Shown here one piece after another: positions 51,406 to 64,000 of a stretch of DNA of 64,000 bases. The stretch lies in the NCBI GenBank assembly GCA_050084515.1, contig CM114271.1, positions 35,898,001 through 35,962,000 of the forward strand, read 5' to 3'. This stretch comes from Blasia pusilla (Eukaryota). The position numbers and the translations under genes were made by a program. The notes under the pieces were generated by a model. It saw only the letters and a program-made list of their open reading frames with translations, did not search any database and was not told the origin of the DNA. The first letter of the stretch is position 1. Every line of letters begins with the position of its first letter.

Positions 51406-53199
51406 CAATAAGCATCTAATGTTGGTTGTCATGCACATGAACAGATATCATGGGCTTCCAATCTATCTTCTTGCAATACTAAGAGTCAATTTCATCTACC
51501 TTGTACACAATCCCTAAGTACATGTGTGCCCTCATATTTAGCTATTCTCCACCCAACTCCACTCTAGTTCTAAGTACACACGTACATAATTCCACAACTA
51601 ACACATTGGCTATAGTGCTCTTGGACCCTACCTCAATCAAATCCCAATAATAGATATGTTAGTTAAATCTTAGAACGGCCTCATTTCCAACCCTGGACGA
51701 TCTCTCATTGGCCACCCAACCCATACCGCTCAAAATCAACTACACAGGTCCGCTATCGTATCGAGAGTCTTTCTTCGAGTAAGGGAGGACCGTCTAGCTG
51801 CAGCAGACGTGATTGATGCAAGTCAAACTCCATTAGAAGTTCTCTTTTTCACTAGAGAATTATTATGTTAAGCCCTCCTTTCTCTCACAAGAATAATCAC
51901 AAATGGTAGTGGCGAAGCGATCACTTCTTCATAAGATGGAATCCCGAAAACTAGATAGCAAGTGAACCAATGCCTATCTACAAACAAAATCTTGACATGA
52001 TATGGGTTAAGGAAAGGAAAATCGGGCACAACTCGTGCTCCACCCCTATCCATACTTAACGGACATCGTCTACTCTCCTCTGTAATGGGGTTTGGCGGAG
52101 TTGCTCTCCCAAGACGTGTAATCCATTCTCATTGAGAAAATAATAAGCCAAACCATCCAGTATTTCTAATATGACTAAACTCCTTTAACGTAACAAGTCT
52201 CTCATCTCCACACATACCATACTCTAAAATCCTCACGAAGAATAGACCATGGTCAAGTTACTCTCCCAAGAGGGGTCATCCACTTCTCATTAGAAGAGCA
52301 AGCAATCCCAAAGCCATACGCTCAAGAGTGACACAAGAAACTCAAGAAACTCAAGATGTGAAGTTGAAGGTGATCAACCCTTGAAGGTCCTTCCTCTTTA
52401 TATACTCATAAGGGATCCACAACAGTACAAAATATGGCTAATCTTATCTTGTGCCACATGACTTTCTCTCAAAGCTTAGCCAATCATATTTTGACACAAA
52501 TAAATTACTTCTTATCTCTTCCAAAATATCCTCCTTCATTTACTTCATATCTTCTAAACTACCCCAACTACCCTAGCCACCTACCAAAACTACTTTTGGT
52601 TTTCTTCCATTAAAGCATTAATCCCACTAATTTACTTTAATAATCCCATATTTTATTTATTATATCTTTTCCTAAAGTTGGGCCAACACAAATGAGTCAT
52701 CCTAAAGAGGTTTAAACATGGGAATTTGATTTTCCTAGGCCAATTTACTTAATACTCATAAAATTTTCTCTAACGATTAATGATAGAGGAGTTTACATAG
52801 TGAGTGATTTTACTATACGACACCGCTCTCACTTAGAATAGTCAAATACACACTCATGAAAGTACTCAGGTCCCTAAATACCCATGGGCTCTTGTGTCAA
52901 GTTGAATTTCGTGTGTATCCAATCTACTCATCATCATTCTTGTACTTTATCTAGCCGCCTCACTTGTTGCCTCTTAGATACAAAATTCACTAATATATAG
53001 AAATAACCCACCAAAGAATGCTTTGGTTACCAATATCCCTTTTGATTCCAAAAATTATTTGACCACTCACTCACTCACTCACGTTCTTCCATCTGCATAA
53101 TGTTTGAAGCAGAACGCCAAACGGTGGATTGGATGAGGTTCGGTTGGAGAGGTTGCACGGCACTGCATGTGGCGCTGAAGAAAGGATGGTCAACCCAAG

Positions 53200-53460
53200 T
53201 GGAGCAAATCTCGACAACTTTGAGCACAGCAATGATGGAATTAAGAGCGTTATAACGGATGAGACGAGCAAGGGAAGTTGGGATCCATCAATCAAACTGA
53301 AGAACCTGCTTCTTGCATTTAATAGCGACTTTCAAATGGATGCTCTTGGCATAGCCATGGTGAGTTTTAACATGAAAATCATTTCATTGCTGACTGAAGC
53401 TTTGCGGAATTGCAAATATGATGACAGTTATAGACTCAAGCAAGACCACAATTGCATGAT
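53200..53460 (-). pseudogene. Possible LRR fragment
   Basis: NDFHVK and WIPTSLARL resemble NxFxG and GxIPxSLxxL. Very decayed. Confidence 0.3.
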
Positions 53461-56179
53461 TCTCCCTATCTGCACTAGATTTGGCCTCTTACTATTAAAT
53501 TGATCTCATATCAAGTCCATTTCCTATTTATCTCTACATCCTTAAATGTGGCCCAAGATATTTTTACTCAATGTGCGCTCATACTATTAAACATTATTGA
53601 TAGGTGCATTTTACTTCCTGCCCAACACCACTCCAAGGAACAAGCTCTACTATTCCACCAATTTGAATATGGTTGATTGTTGCTCCATCAATCCATCAAC
53701 CACGAGTAACACTCTGACATAAGGAGTATACTGCAAGGCGGCCTTCTCAAAGCCAAAGAATTACTGCAAAAAATAGACACAAACATGTCCAATCACAAAT
53801 CCACTATGACCATATGGTAATGCAATTCGATAAGGGACTAGCAAAGGTACTATCCTTGGCCATACCCATATAGCCAACCTCGCCCAACCCTCCACTTATG
53901 TTGCTTTCGGAATGCTCGCCGCTCAACTTGCTTCAAGAATGCTTAACGCTCATGTATAGACTGTTATGCAGCTCTTTTGATTGTTCAATCCTCCTTAATG
54001 TCTCTACTTGTTGTGCCTTGGCTGATAGCATCAACCCCCCCCCCCCAAAACGCATGACTCCACACCAACTTCAAGTACTCACCACCTAGCTTGCATATAA
54101 TTAATTTCTTGAATACCATGGAGAATCATTCTGGCACTATATTACCTCCTCATATGCACAACATCCACCCCTCTATGTTATCAAATCTCTTCAAAGTAAA
54201 AAACACACATATGACCAAAATACACACAATCAAAATTTAGACGGTACAGATATTTCCACATGGGAAACACACCGCTCTTCCCTGAACATTGAATAAAAAT
54301 CAAACCAATCCCATCCTCGACATGAGGGAACCCAAGTCTATATCACCCCGATGGCACCCTACCCTAGCCTATGCTTGGAAGGCTCAATTGTTAAAAGATA
54401 AGCCTCTCCAAGCCTCCCCTTATGGTATACCCCTCTCAAGACCCCCCCAAGGATCCAAGAAGGTGATTTGTGCACAAAGGTCACCTCGACCTATTTAACC
54501 GATTCCTAACAAATCAAGAAGGTTCCAATAAAGCTCCCAAAGAATGACTCGTGCACACAAGTCCCCAAGGGACGCGAGTAGGTCGCTTTTGGCCTCTCCA
54601 CACACAACTACATACATAACCTCCCAAATATGGCCTACCACATACTCTTGCAACACTAGAACATAGCATGACGTCCATGCTTTGAGTTTGGGTCAAGATG
54701 CTTGAGAATCTGATCCTTCCATGTTTGGAAGTGTTTTCATGATCTCTATTGGACCTCTCCAAATGCTCTGAACTAGGCGCCCTTGCATGATTGATGGTCA
54801 ATTTGGGTCCTTCATCGAACTTCATTGTCTCTTCATTTGACCCTAATCCCTTATCCTTGCTCTCACTATCTTCCCTGTCAACATTATTTCTCTTTTGAAT
54901 GGGGGGGCCATATTGGCAAACTCATAGATAAAAACAACTTGTTATTTGTAACTTGGTGTAAGCCCTAGAATGTAGGACACTCCAACAATTGAAGTGCATA
55001 GTCGAACTCTTGAAATATACTAAATGTAGATCCTAACTTGACGTGATCCGCCTCTTATTCCACTACCCGTCCAAAAAAACTCACCATATGAAAAAATATG
55101 CAAATACAAGTGAACATTAAAGTAAACATATATGAAGGGGGCTTACTTACCATCATGCAATGTGTTTCCCTTCATTTCTTCATTGTTTTCTTCACCAACA
55201 CATTACGCTATAACCACTATCCGAAATCGGACCTCTGAAAGGCCACATCTCTCCCTATCTATGGTTTTTGCTCCTCGTGAGGGACTTCAATCCATAAATC
55301 GCATTCTCCTTTTCCCACATATAGGAAGGATAGTCATCTTCCATGGAAGATATTCTACATGAATCTAATTCTAGACTAATCATTACTTAGTCAAGTCTTA
55401 CCCTCGTCAATCCACAGTGCAAATTATGGAATTCAAATATTCACTTGGATTTTGCACTATTCTTTCACAAGTATTCTCTAACTTGCAGTATGTATCGATG
55501 AACAATACTCCTATAATCAAGCAAACATGCAATATCTATATCATTATGAGAGAGTGCCTTCTTAATTTGCAAACAGTGTGTTCTTGACATGTGGCAACTA
55601 GGGAAAAACATATTTTTCGTTCTCCGAAAAAAGAAATGAATTTGTGTGCGATATGATATTGGTGCCTAATCATGGCTGTGTTAACATGCAATAATTCCTT
55701 CTACAAGAACACTCTACGAGACACTAACACGTGTGATGATAATGTGGCACCATGTTCACAGTTTTGTTGAGGATAATAAATGGCTGAGGCTATGGTTGAG
55801 AAGCATAAACAAATACATGGTAGGATGTAGTAAAAAGTTAATGTAATTTCAATCCATTTTTTCACTAATGATTTTGAAACACAAACAGAATTTTCAATTT
55901 CCAGCAGCCGCATCAACAAATAACCAAGGTTTGGGGAGTTTTCTTTTTTTCAGACTATTACTGGTGTAATCCAAAGTATACCGGTTTTTCTTCTATAGGC
56001 TACTGGTCGTAGAAGGAGGGTTTGCCACTTTCCGCTTATTCTCAGGGAAATATTTAACTGGTCAGTTTTAATCCAAAAATCTCCCCTTCCTTATATTTCT
56101 AAGGAAAAAAATTATTCCAACCAATTGTCAGGCGAAATTGTACCAACCGGCCAAAAACCGATGCTACAACACTTAGCCA

Positions 56180-58460
56180 CAAAATGTGCTCCAGAGTGTT
56201 GATTCCTTAGGGACCACCATTAATCTTATTTGACTCAATGCTTGAATTTTCAAATTTTCATAGTGATGTTCACCCTTAAAATTCCAATCCTTCAAACCAT
56301 GTAAACATCAACTTCTACATCCTGAACTTAATATGCCACATCTCTTCTTCTATTACCTAAATCATATTACAAGATCATCCTTGGTAGGAGTTGAACATGG
56401 CAAGCCTCCCACCACGTGGGAGCCTAGGATCCTATCCCTCTAGAATACTTGGAGCCCCATTGCTCCAAGTATTCTAAAAGGGTCCTACTTCCTAAAACCC
56501 AAAATCTCCAAGTCTTCTAATTTACACATGTTTCGACAATCTCTACTTCTATATTTGCAAATAAGTACCTAAAATTAGTAGAATTCTTCCATGAGATCAC
56601 AGACTTAGACAACATATCCTCATAATTAGAGGAAGGTCCTTCTAAGGCAAACCTCAAGACAACATCTAAGTACTTGGTGATCAACCTATTACGAGTCAAA
56701 AAATTAGAAAATTCACATTTGCATCAAAAGATTTCGATGATTTCCTTACAGCCCACCTATTCAATCCCACTTTCCTAGAAGATAAGTGCAGAGGATTAAG
56801 GATTCTCATTACACCAATGAGGTTGTTATCTCAAAATCATTCCAATAAAGCTAAAGAACAAGGTAGCCTCCAAGTCTCTTCGTGTCCAATCTCGAGACAT
56901 ATTTATACTATGAAATTTATTTCCTCTTATCTCAAATTGTGAACGACGAAGATAACCACCAAGTGGCCCAAAGTCAAGAAGTATATGGTAACTAGTATTT
57001 CCAAAGGAGATTGAAGCATTCAAGGCATGAGTTTCCATCACAAAATTCATGGTAATCCTAGCTATCTTATAATTCACAATGCTCCCTATAGTGCTAACAT
57101 CCACAAACTTGTACTGAAATATCGTACTCAAATTTGAAAGCATGGAAAGAATGTTAGCCAGGAAATATAGTTGATAGATCATTTGGAATGATCTCAACTT
57201 GTTAAATAAATTTGCAGCATTCCCATCATCCTCGAAAGGGGAAATATTTCTGGAGTACGCCAATATTGATTCTAAAGAATCACACAATGTGGTCATAGCT
57301 TGCCAACAGGATAACCATCGAATCTTGTGGTATCTCTTCATGACTTGCTGGGAGTCATTAAAATTTTTGTGCAAAGATGCTAGAAATTTTTTCCTCTTGG
57401 GGGACGTTCTAAAGTAACCAGCTATAGCATTGAGGATCGAATCAACTTCACAAGAGATTGACTTGCAATCAAGAGCTTTTGCGGCTGACAAGGCGGCCAT
57501 ATTTGTTCTATGGGCTACACAATGAAGTGAAAGAATGTAAGAATTTACCTTATGCCTGATTTGGGAGGCTACTCGTGTTTGGATAACTACCATTTTTGAG
57601 GCACCATTTGAACCAAATGCTACCATTTTGGAGAATTCCAACCCTTCGTCTTTGATTAGTTGCAGCAAAGTTTCTATAATAGCATTAGAATGTTTTGATT
57701 CGCAATGAAGTAATCCCAAAAAACAAAATTATGCTTGGCCCTCTTCAAAGAAAGTGGTGAACACGACCAAATGCCCAGTTAAAAATATGTCAATTAACTC
57801 ATAGAGACTCATAATTCCAAAGAAATGAGAGGCTTGAACTCTAGGAAGAGTTCTAAGGAGAACTTGGCTAATGAAATAAGACATTTCACTACAACTCCTT
57901 TCATCTTGGTACAGGTCTCTAGTAATAGGAGCATTGAGAGAAAGCAAAAACTTACAAAGATTGGGAAATTTCAAAACTGGCATAGCCTCCTTTGCAAGGA
58001 AGTATGCACACTTAAATAATGCCATCATAGCAACTTTGCAAGGAAGTATGGTTGTGGCAATGGCCTTGGCCATGGACTTCTTACCCCCATTTGCAGGCCA
58101 TGCAAGCTTAATGTGCTTGTTGGACTTGGCATGATAAGTAAAGGCTGAAACCTTGCAATTTATTGCCCCATCTCTAGCAAAGACACTGTGCCCCATCCCC
58201 CTCCTACACACTTTACAAAAGATTCTACCAAGGACTGAATCAAAATCAATCCAATCATACATTGAGTACCATACATCCTTCCATGCTACACGAAATTTTT
58301 CAGATATAGTTGTGCTGCTTCCTGAGGGAGGCTGCTTGTCTCTTTCATCAGATGAGCCAGAAATGTCAAACCCATCGTTTGTACGTTCCTTACCTAGGAA
58401 CGTTGTCATTGTCTTATGTCTCTTGGCCATGTGCGTTTCTAAGCAAGTACTACAAACCAA
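56180..58460 (-). mobile_element. hAT transposase (ZNF862-like) pseudogene
   Basis: N-terminal W..MYDW...IFCKVC...H..S..H zinc finger; SHFFGIM; FGSNGASKM (D to N); LHCVAHR; IRWLS. Frameshift between ORFs 57729-58460 and 56826-57719. Confidence 0.88.
56441..56476. repeat. 15-bp perfect inverted repeat with a 6-nt loop
   Basis: TAGAATACTTGGAGC-CCCATT-GCTCCAAGTATTCTA. Confidence 0.9.
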
Positions 58461-59091
58461 TGTGTAACCTGATCTAGACTAAAATCTGTAAACCTTTCAA
58501 ACCTAAACCCAAAACTAGACCTAGCAGCAAGGAAAGTGAATGTCAAGATTTGGCAAGTTGGATAGTGCTAAGGGTGAAAGAAAGGAAAAAGGATGGAGCA
58601 CAAGGCCAAAGCAGTGGAATTGGAACACAAATGTGAGGGTGCAAAGCGTTGGTGGTGAAAGCCTCATAGCACGAAAGTGGAGTAGCAAAGTTGCACAAGT
58701 GAAAGCAAGTGAAGTAAAAGAAATGAACGTGGAAATAAAGTTGCATTCAGAGGGAATTTCTAGAGGGTAAGAGAAAGAGAGTGCGGCGTTGCAGAGCCGC
58801 AGTTGAGAGCGTGGTTGAGCAGAGTAGCGGTATGGAGAGCCCAAAACTCAAAAACAAAGGTATGGAGAGCCCAGGGCTAGAAGACAGGGTGGAGGAGGAC
58901 ACACTATAGTGTGCGTCGAGCAATCCGAAAGCATACAAAGAAATGCAATGGAGAGCCCCGCGGGTTGGAGGTGTGGTGCATACGCACTACAATGTGCAAC
59001 TTGCAAATACAAACAATATGAAGTCTACAAATAATCCATAGCTGCCCCAAATCCGCCCCCAAAATGCGAGGAGAGCCCCAAATCTACCCGA

Positions 59092-59380
59092 AAGTGTGGC
59101 ACTATGGTCTGCGTAGTGGGGACCAGATTCTGAAAGTGGAAAGAATCAATAGTGACCCTAAACGAAGCAAAGCACGAAGCAAAGAAATAAAGCAAGAGTG
59201 GCAGGTTCAGCGGAAGTGTGGCACTATGGCGTGTGCAGTGCGGATACGGATTCCCAAAGTGGAATGAAGCAAGACTCCAAGTCCAAGAGTAACCCTAAAC
59301 GAACCAAGCAAACCAAGAGTGGCGCGTTCAAGATTTTGAGAAGTTCGAACCGGCACGTTCCGATTTTGAGAAGTTCGAAC
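59092..59380 (+). repeat. Tandem/direct repeats upstream of the hAT ORF (~122-bp unit x2; 30-bp unit x2)
   Basis: AAGTGTGGCACTATGG...AAAGTGGAA...ACCCTAAACGAA at 59092 and 59214; GATTTTGAGAAGTTCGAAC twice; GAGAGCCC recurs between 58830 and 59540. Confidence 0.7.
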
Positions 59381-59599
59381 TTGAGAGCCCGCAGTTGGGA
59401 GAGAGCAAGTGTGAAGTGTGCAACAATGAATCGATAATGAAGTGAAAAGCGAAACAATGGCACGTTCAGGTTCGAGACAACTTAGAGAGAGCAAGCGTGC
59501 AACATAAAAAAGGAGAGAATGATGCTTGGAGAGCCCACAATGGGGTCTCCACCCAACGGCTGGCCCCTTCGTATGGCCTTTTTTGCATCCAACCAACTG

Positions 59600-60700
59600 A
59601 TCAAGATCGGACGCATCACATTATTGCCCATTCAAGTGAACGGCCAAGATAAAGCCGTCTCCCCTCAAGGCGATCTTGCCGTGGAAATATTATGGCAAAT
59701 CACATGTGAGTATCAATTTCTCGGCTGCCGGTAAGTCATTCAGCCCAAACCCGTCCACCTGAAGTGTCATCGCGGCCAACATCGCAAACCGTTTGCCCGG
59801 CCCGGTTAGTTCCAGCCGGGAACCAATACTAGTCTGGCGTCGCACATGTATGCCCGTCATATGCCGGGATCCTCTTAGATGCTGCCGGGAACCGTGCCGA
59901 TATCCTGGAAATGGGGTCGGGAAATCTAAAAAATTGCCGGCCATCCCCCCCCCAACCCCGGTTCTCGCGGAATCTCACCCCGACATTACTTGAACTTTCC
60001 CTTCGTAAGTTGTCTATTGATGTCACACGCGTGACCTGTAAGTATCGTCCTTGCTTCCGACATCTGGGAGGAGAGCCCTGTCAGCGAAGACACGTGCCCA
60101 GGTTCTAGAGATTCGGGAGACAGGGATCGTAACTGGCGCCCGGTCATGAGCCATTTCACATCGACGACCTGAAGTTCCGGGACAGATTTCTGGTCTTCTG
60201 CGATGCGGCCAGGTTGCGTAAAACAGGACTTTGACGTGTCTCTAGGAGAAAGGTGTGGGAAACGCAAAGCAAAGTCAGGACTCAGGAAAAGTGCGAAATT
60301 CATTGCCGCTCGTTGCAGTGAAGACAGCACTAACCGTGCTTAGAAGAAATGAAAGGCACCGCGGAAAAGAGGGTAATTATAGGGTGCCGTAGTTAGGATG
60401 GACAGACTTGGGGAAAGTAGTAATAGACGTGGGGAGAGTACCTTCGTAAGAGTGCGTACTCTGAAGTCTGTACAAAACGTTTACTTCTTCCGTGAGTCTC
60501 GACGTGTCTACGTATGATAGCAGAGGCAAAGATAGTCCGGAGTCCCACCTCCGGTCCGGCCAATCAATGAACACATTCTCATACTCCTTACGAGAGTGAC
60601 ATAATTGAAGATTCCTTTTGTTTCTGCGTGTAAGTGGTTTTGAGGATGAAAGAGTAAATCTGGGCTAGATATGGGAAGTTCCGAGGATATCCCAATCAAC
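59600..60700 (-). pseudogene. Degenerate F-box/kelch-like relic
   Basis: ELPISSPDLLF...IFNYVTLVRSMR (F-box-like), LTTAPY (compare LTAPY in the 15.7-kb relic), LQVVDVKWLMTGRQLRSL (resembles VxNPLTxxxRxLP), DINRQLTKGKFK. Confidence 0.45.
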
Positions 60701-60867
60701 TCAAAAATAAAACTCTGAAAAAAAAGGGCTTTGGAAACCCAAAGGTTTATGGGAGATAAACCCGCTTGCGAATCCAAATTATATGCTTGTCAACTGGTTA
60801 CCAATTCACCCGTAGAAGGGGTGGGGGATTTTTATTTTTTTGAAAATGGCCATGCAATGTTCGTGAA

Positions 60868-61047
60868 CTAATTATTATTATTAAAACAGTATGGGGTTTA
60901 GACATGGGTTTCCTCCTTTTGACACATGCATTTTAGGTCCTTCTCGTGCTTGACATGTGACGGGTGTAACATGAGCTAATAGCTAAATTAAGGGGCACCG
61001 GGCCGGTTTCATCCGTGCATCGCACGAGCATCGGCTAATAGGACTAG
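60868..61047 (+). mobile_element. Possible small non-autonomous Helitron
   Basis: 3' hairpin CGTGC-ATC-GCACG (61014-61026) followed by CTAG|T (61044-61048). The AT-rich 5'-like start CTAATTATTATTATTAAAA lacks the canonical TC. Confidence 0.4.
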
Positions 61048-64000
61048 TATTACATTGTCCTCGATTGGATTTATAGAAAATCAGTAAGTTTTTGCCCGTG
61101 CGATGGACCGGGTGAGATGATTGGGAATGAAAAGATTCATATATGGAGGATGATAATATGAAATTATTGGACACACGTTGGATATAGTTTAATCTTAAAA
61201 AGAATGAAAAAAAGAAGAAAGATAGATTTTTTTTATAATACATCTAACTTGGTTGAAAAAAAAATTTCATACATTTTATTTTATTACTTAAGGAAAAAAG
61301 AATGTATCCCTTTTCCAATCCCCATCCTTCAATAAGCAAAAGAAAATCACTTATTTTGATGAAAACTTTTCCCAAAAGAGGGATTAAAATTTTTCTCCAA
61401 CTCTAACTTGAAAATTAAAAATAATGTAGAAAAAATATGTCTTCCCACTATTTTGAAGAATATTTTTTTCCCATAAGTGTCCTATTCTCCTTTTTCTTTC
61501 CAAAAATAAATTTAATTTTTCCTCAAAATTAAACTTTAAATTAAATTTTATCATAAAATTTTGGAATAAACCTTGAAAAAATTATTTTAAATTTCCAAAT
61601 GAAAAAAAGGATATTAAATAATATTTCATGGGAAAGATATTTGGATATTAAATAATTATGTTTATGTAAAAAAATTTAAATAAATAAAAACCTAATGATT
61701 AAAACCTTACCCTTTCTTGTTTTATGCTAAGTATAGGGTAAAATGGAAAGAAAAGGGTCGTGAATTGGCTTCATGGACAAACATGATAGGTGCCCTTCAT
61801 TCATGAATCTTCAAAATGAGTTAACGCGCTTAATAGTATGATTCTATCGCAGAATTTTATTTTTCTCTCAGAAGGTTTAATCGCTTTTAGCAATAACGAA
61901 CTTATGTTCTAAGGAAGTCTAACAATCTTAATGACGTAGATCTAAAATTTCTTAGATCTTAAAAAATGTGTTGTCAAGGTGGACATGGATATTTTGGATC
62001 CACTACACATGTAATAAACAATCTCCAAGGAGGGGAAAAAGAAATTTTAAAAAGAAAAAAAGTTGGCAACAAGCTAACCCAAAAACCAATTTAACATGCG
62101 GCACGACTAACATCTTGAAACAAATCCGACAAAAATTCTAGAGGTTGGTTAAATGTGAATGGAAAATTGAATGAGTGGTTTAGTGCATGCAATCCGACAT
62201 ACCAAGTCAAAACATATTAGATTGCCAACCACCACACCACCCAATAAATAAAAGTCACTTTGGGATATGACTAGGTCATAATGTCGATGAGGGGGTACTT
62301 GTGCAATAGAAGGTAGGTCATATAGTTGCTCTTGCCTAACGATCTATCCTACAATACACGCCACTCATGCTATTTCCTCTATAATTATATCATAGAATGT
62401 CATTTGTTCTTCATTACATGCTCATTAGAGAATGTATATATCATTTGCATCAACATGCTTATGATATATAAGAGGATTCGCAACAAGCCAAGCATGCACT
62501 TATGTACTCATACATGAATACGGAAGAGCTCAAATCTTCTTGATATGTGTCAGAAAAGAACAAGTTTTCTTTCTCATTTGGTTATTAATGAACCTTTTCA
62601 TTATGGGATAGGATTAATATGTATTTTTTTATATAAGCTTATTTCAAAGTTTTTAATATGCTTGCACTCATATATACCCTAGTAGGTATTAAGGTTAGAT
62701 TTTTTTTTAAAAACAAGAGATCTCTTGAACTTTTCCTACTTTGTGGCTGAATGTGGGTCCTATGCGTAAAACTTGTAGGATCCACATCCAACAAGACAAG
62801 GAATAATGCACTTAGGATTGTACATATAAAACTAATCTTGGCTAGATTTGTTTTCTATTGAGGGTAGATGAAAAGGAAAAAGACATCATGGATCTTAGTT
62901 ACTAATCTAAATTTTATGCATGTGGATAAAATCTTATGGTCATACATGAAACTTGGACAAAAAATTGTTAACTAAAAATTAAAATAAAAAAATTTGTTGG
63001 AAAAAATGATGGAAATTTATTTTGGAGTTGTAAAACTCCAAATATATACTAAAAAACTTATAAATATATGATAAGGTAATAGACTTTGTTATCATAAATC
63101 ATTCTAATCTCTTAAGAGATTTGGTTTTTGACACTTTAAACCAATTTTTTTTCTTCATGCAATTCATGAAGAATTATTTTTGAACTATGGATGAAAAAAT
63201 CCAACGATGAGAAAAAGGAGAAAAGCCACAAACAAACCAAGAGGGGAAGAAGGCGATAAATGGAAAAAGGAATGCAAAGATAATTTGTAACCAGCCAAAT
63301 GAAATAGTAAAAAAAAAGACAATGAGAATGGCTGAACAAACAATGTGACAAATTGCATGAAGCAAATCTTACAAAACACAAAAGATTGTTCAAAAGTTTA
63401 TTGACATTAAGATGAATAACTGCAACCACTTCATCTCAACATGTCAATGCTTGTGTTGTTGTAATACAATTAGCACATCTTGTTAATAATAAGTAGTGAA
63501 AACGAAGAGAGAAGGACATAAAGAAGGGTTGGGCAAGTTAATGATTCTTGAGGGAATTGTGAGCACCATCTTTTGAGGAAACTATCAAAATATATTTATA
63601 ATTGCATAAAAATATCCATGGTGAAATAAATAAATCCATCATTTGCATTCTCACTACATAACTTAACTCCTTAATACTTGTTGCTATATCAACTAATTAA
63701 CTTTTGGATATGCAACTCAAACATCAAGTCAAAACATGTATGATTAGTTATTGCCATATCACCTAATAGAATAAAATCACCTCAAGATATAATAAGATCA
63801 ACTTATCACCTGCTATTTGCATTTGTTGTTGAAGTAAAGGTAGAATATATAGTTGCTTTTCCCCAATAGTATGTCATGAAGTAGGAACCATTAATATTAT
63901 TGCTTCTTTGATCCGAATATGTTTTGTTGTTCTTTCCCCTCCCTATATATGCATATTGAATAATATGGGGACCATTTGCATTGCTAAGCTCCCCACATAC

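Noticed and set aside
51657-52690. LTR-like TG...CA segment
   Set aside because: No target-site duplication or partner copy was identified.
58830-59540. Recurrent GAGAGCCC and other short repeats, as a CRISPR-like array
   Set aside because: Short, irregularly spaced and in a eukaryotic TE context, with no cas genes; likely subterminal TE repeats.
61100-64000. AT-rich ORFs such as 63136-63429
   Set aside because: Compositional artefacts with no recognisable motifs. No tRNA or rRNA genes were recognised here or elsewhere in the window.

Overview
Eukaryotic land-plant nuclear DNA, probably from a bryophyte-grade plant (inferred from the gene and TE families). It holds two intact spliced genes on the - strand: a START/SRPBCC polyketide-cyclase-like gene (17346-19455, 5 exons) and an LCAT3/LCAT4-type phospholipase A gene (31215-36971, 11 exons, one GC-AG intron). 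They sit among decayed TEs (CACTA, Ty1/copia, Ty3/gypsy, hAT, solo LTRs, a possible Helitron) and gene relics (LRR, RLCK kinase, several F-box-like). The most notable signal is hidden by stops and frameshifts and so is absent from the ORF track. A Ty3/gypsy polyprotein relic at 9430-10975 (-) carries a C5-cytosine DNA methyltransferase domain (motifs I-VI and VIII) directly after its aspartic protease, and apparently related gag and RT-RH-INT pieces lie elsewhere in the window. Also notable are a TSD-bounded CRE-like RLE non-LTR retrotransposon (38138-42014) and recurrent template-switch foldbacks. All calls come from manual translation and motif recognition; no searches were run, and TE boundaries are approximate unless a TSD is given.
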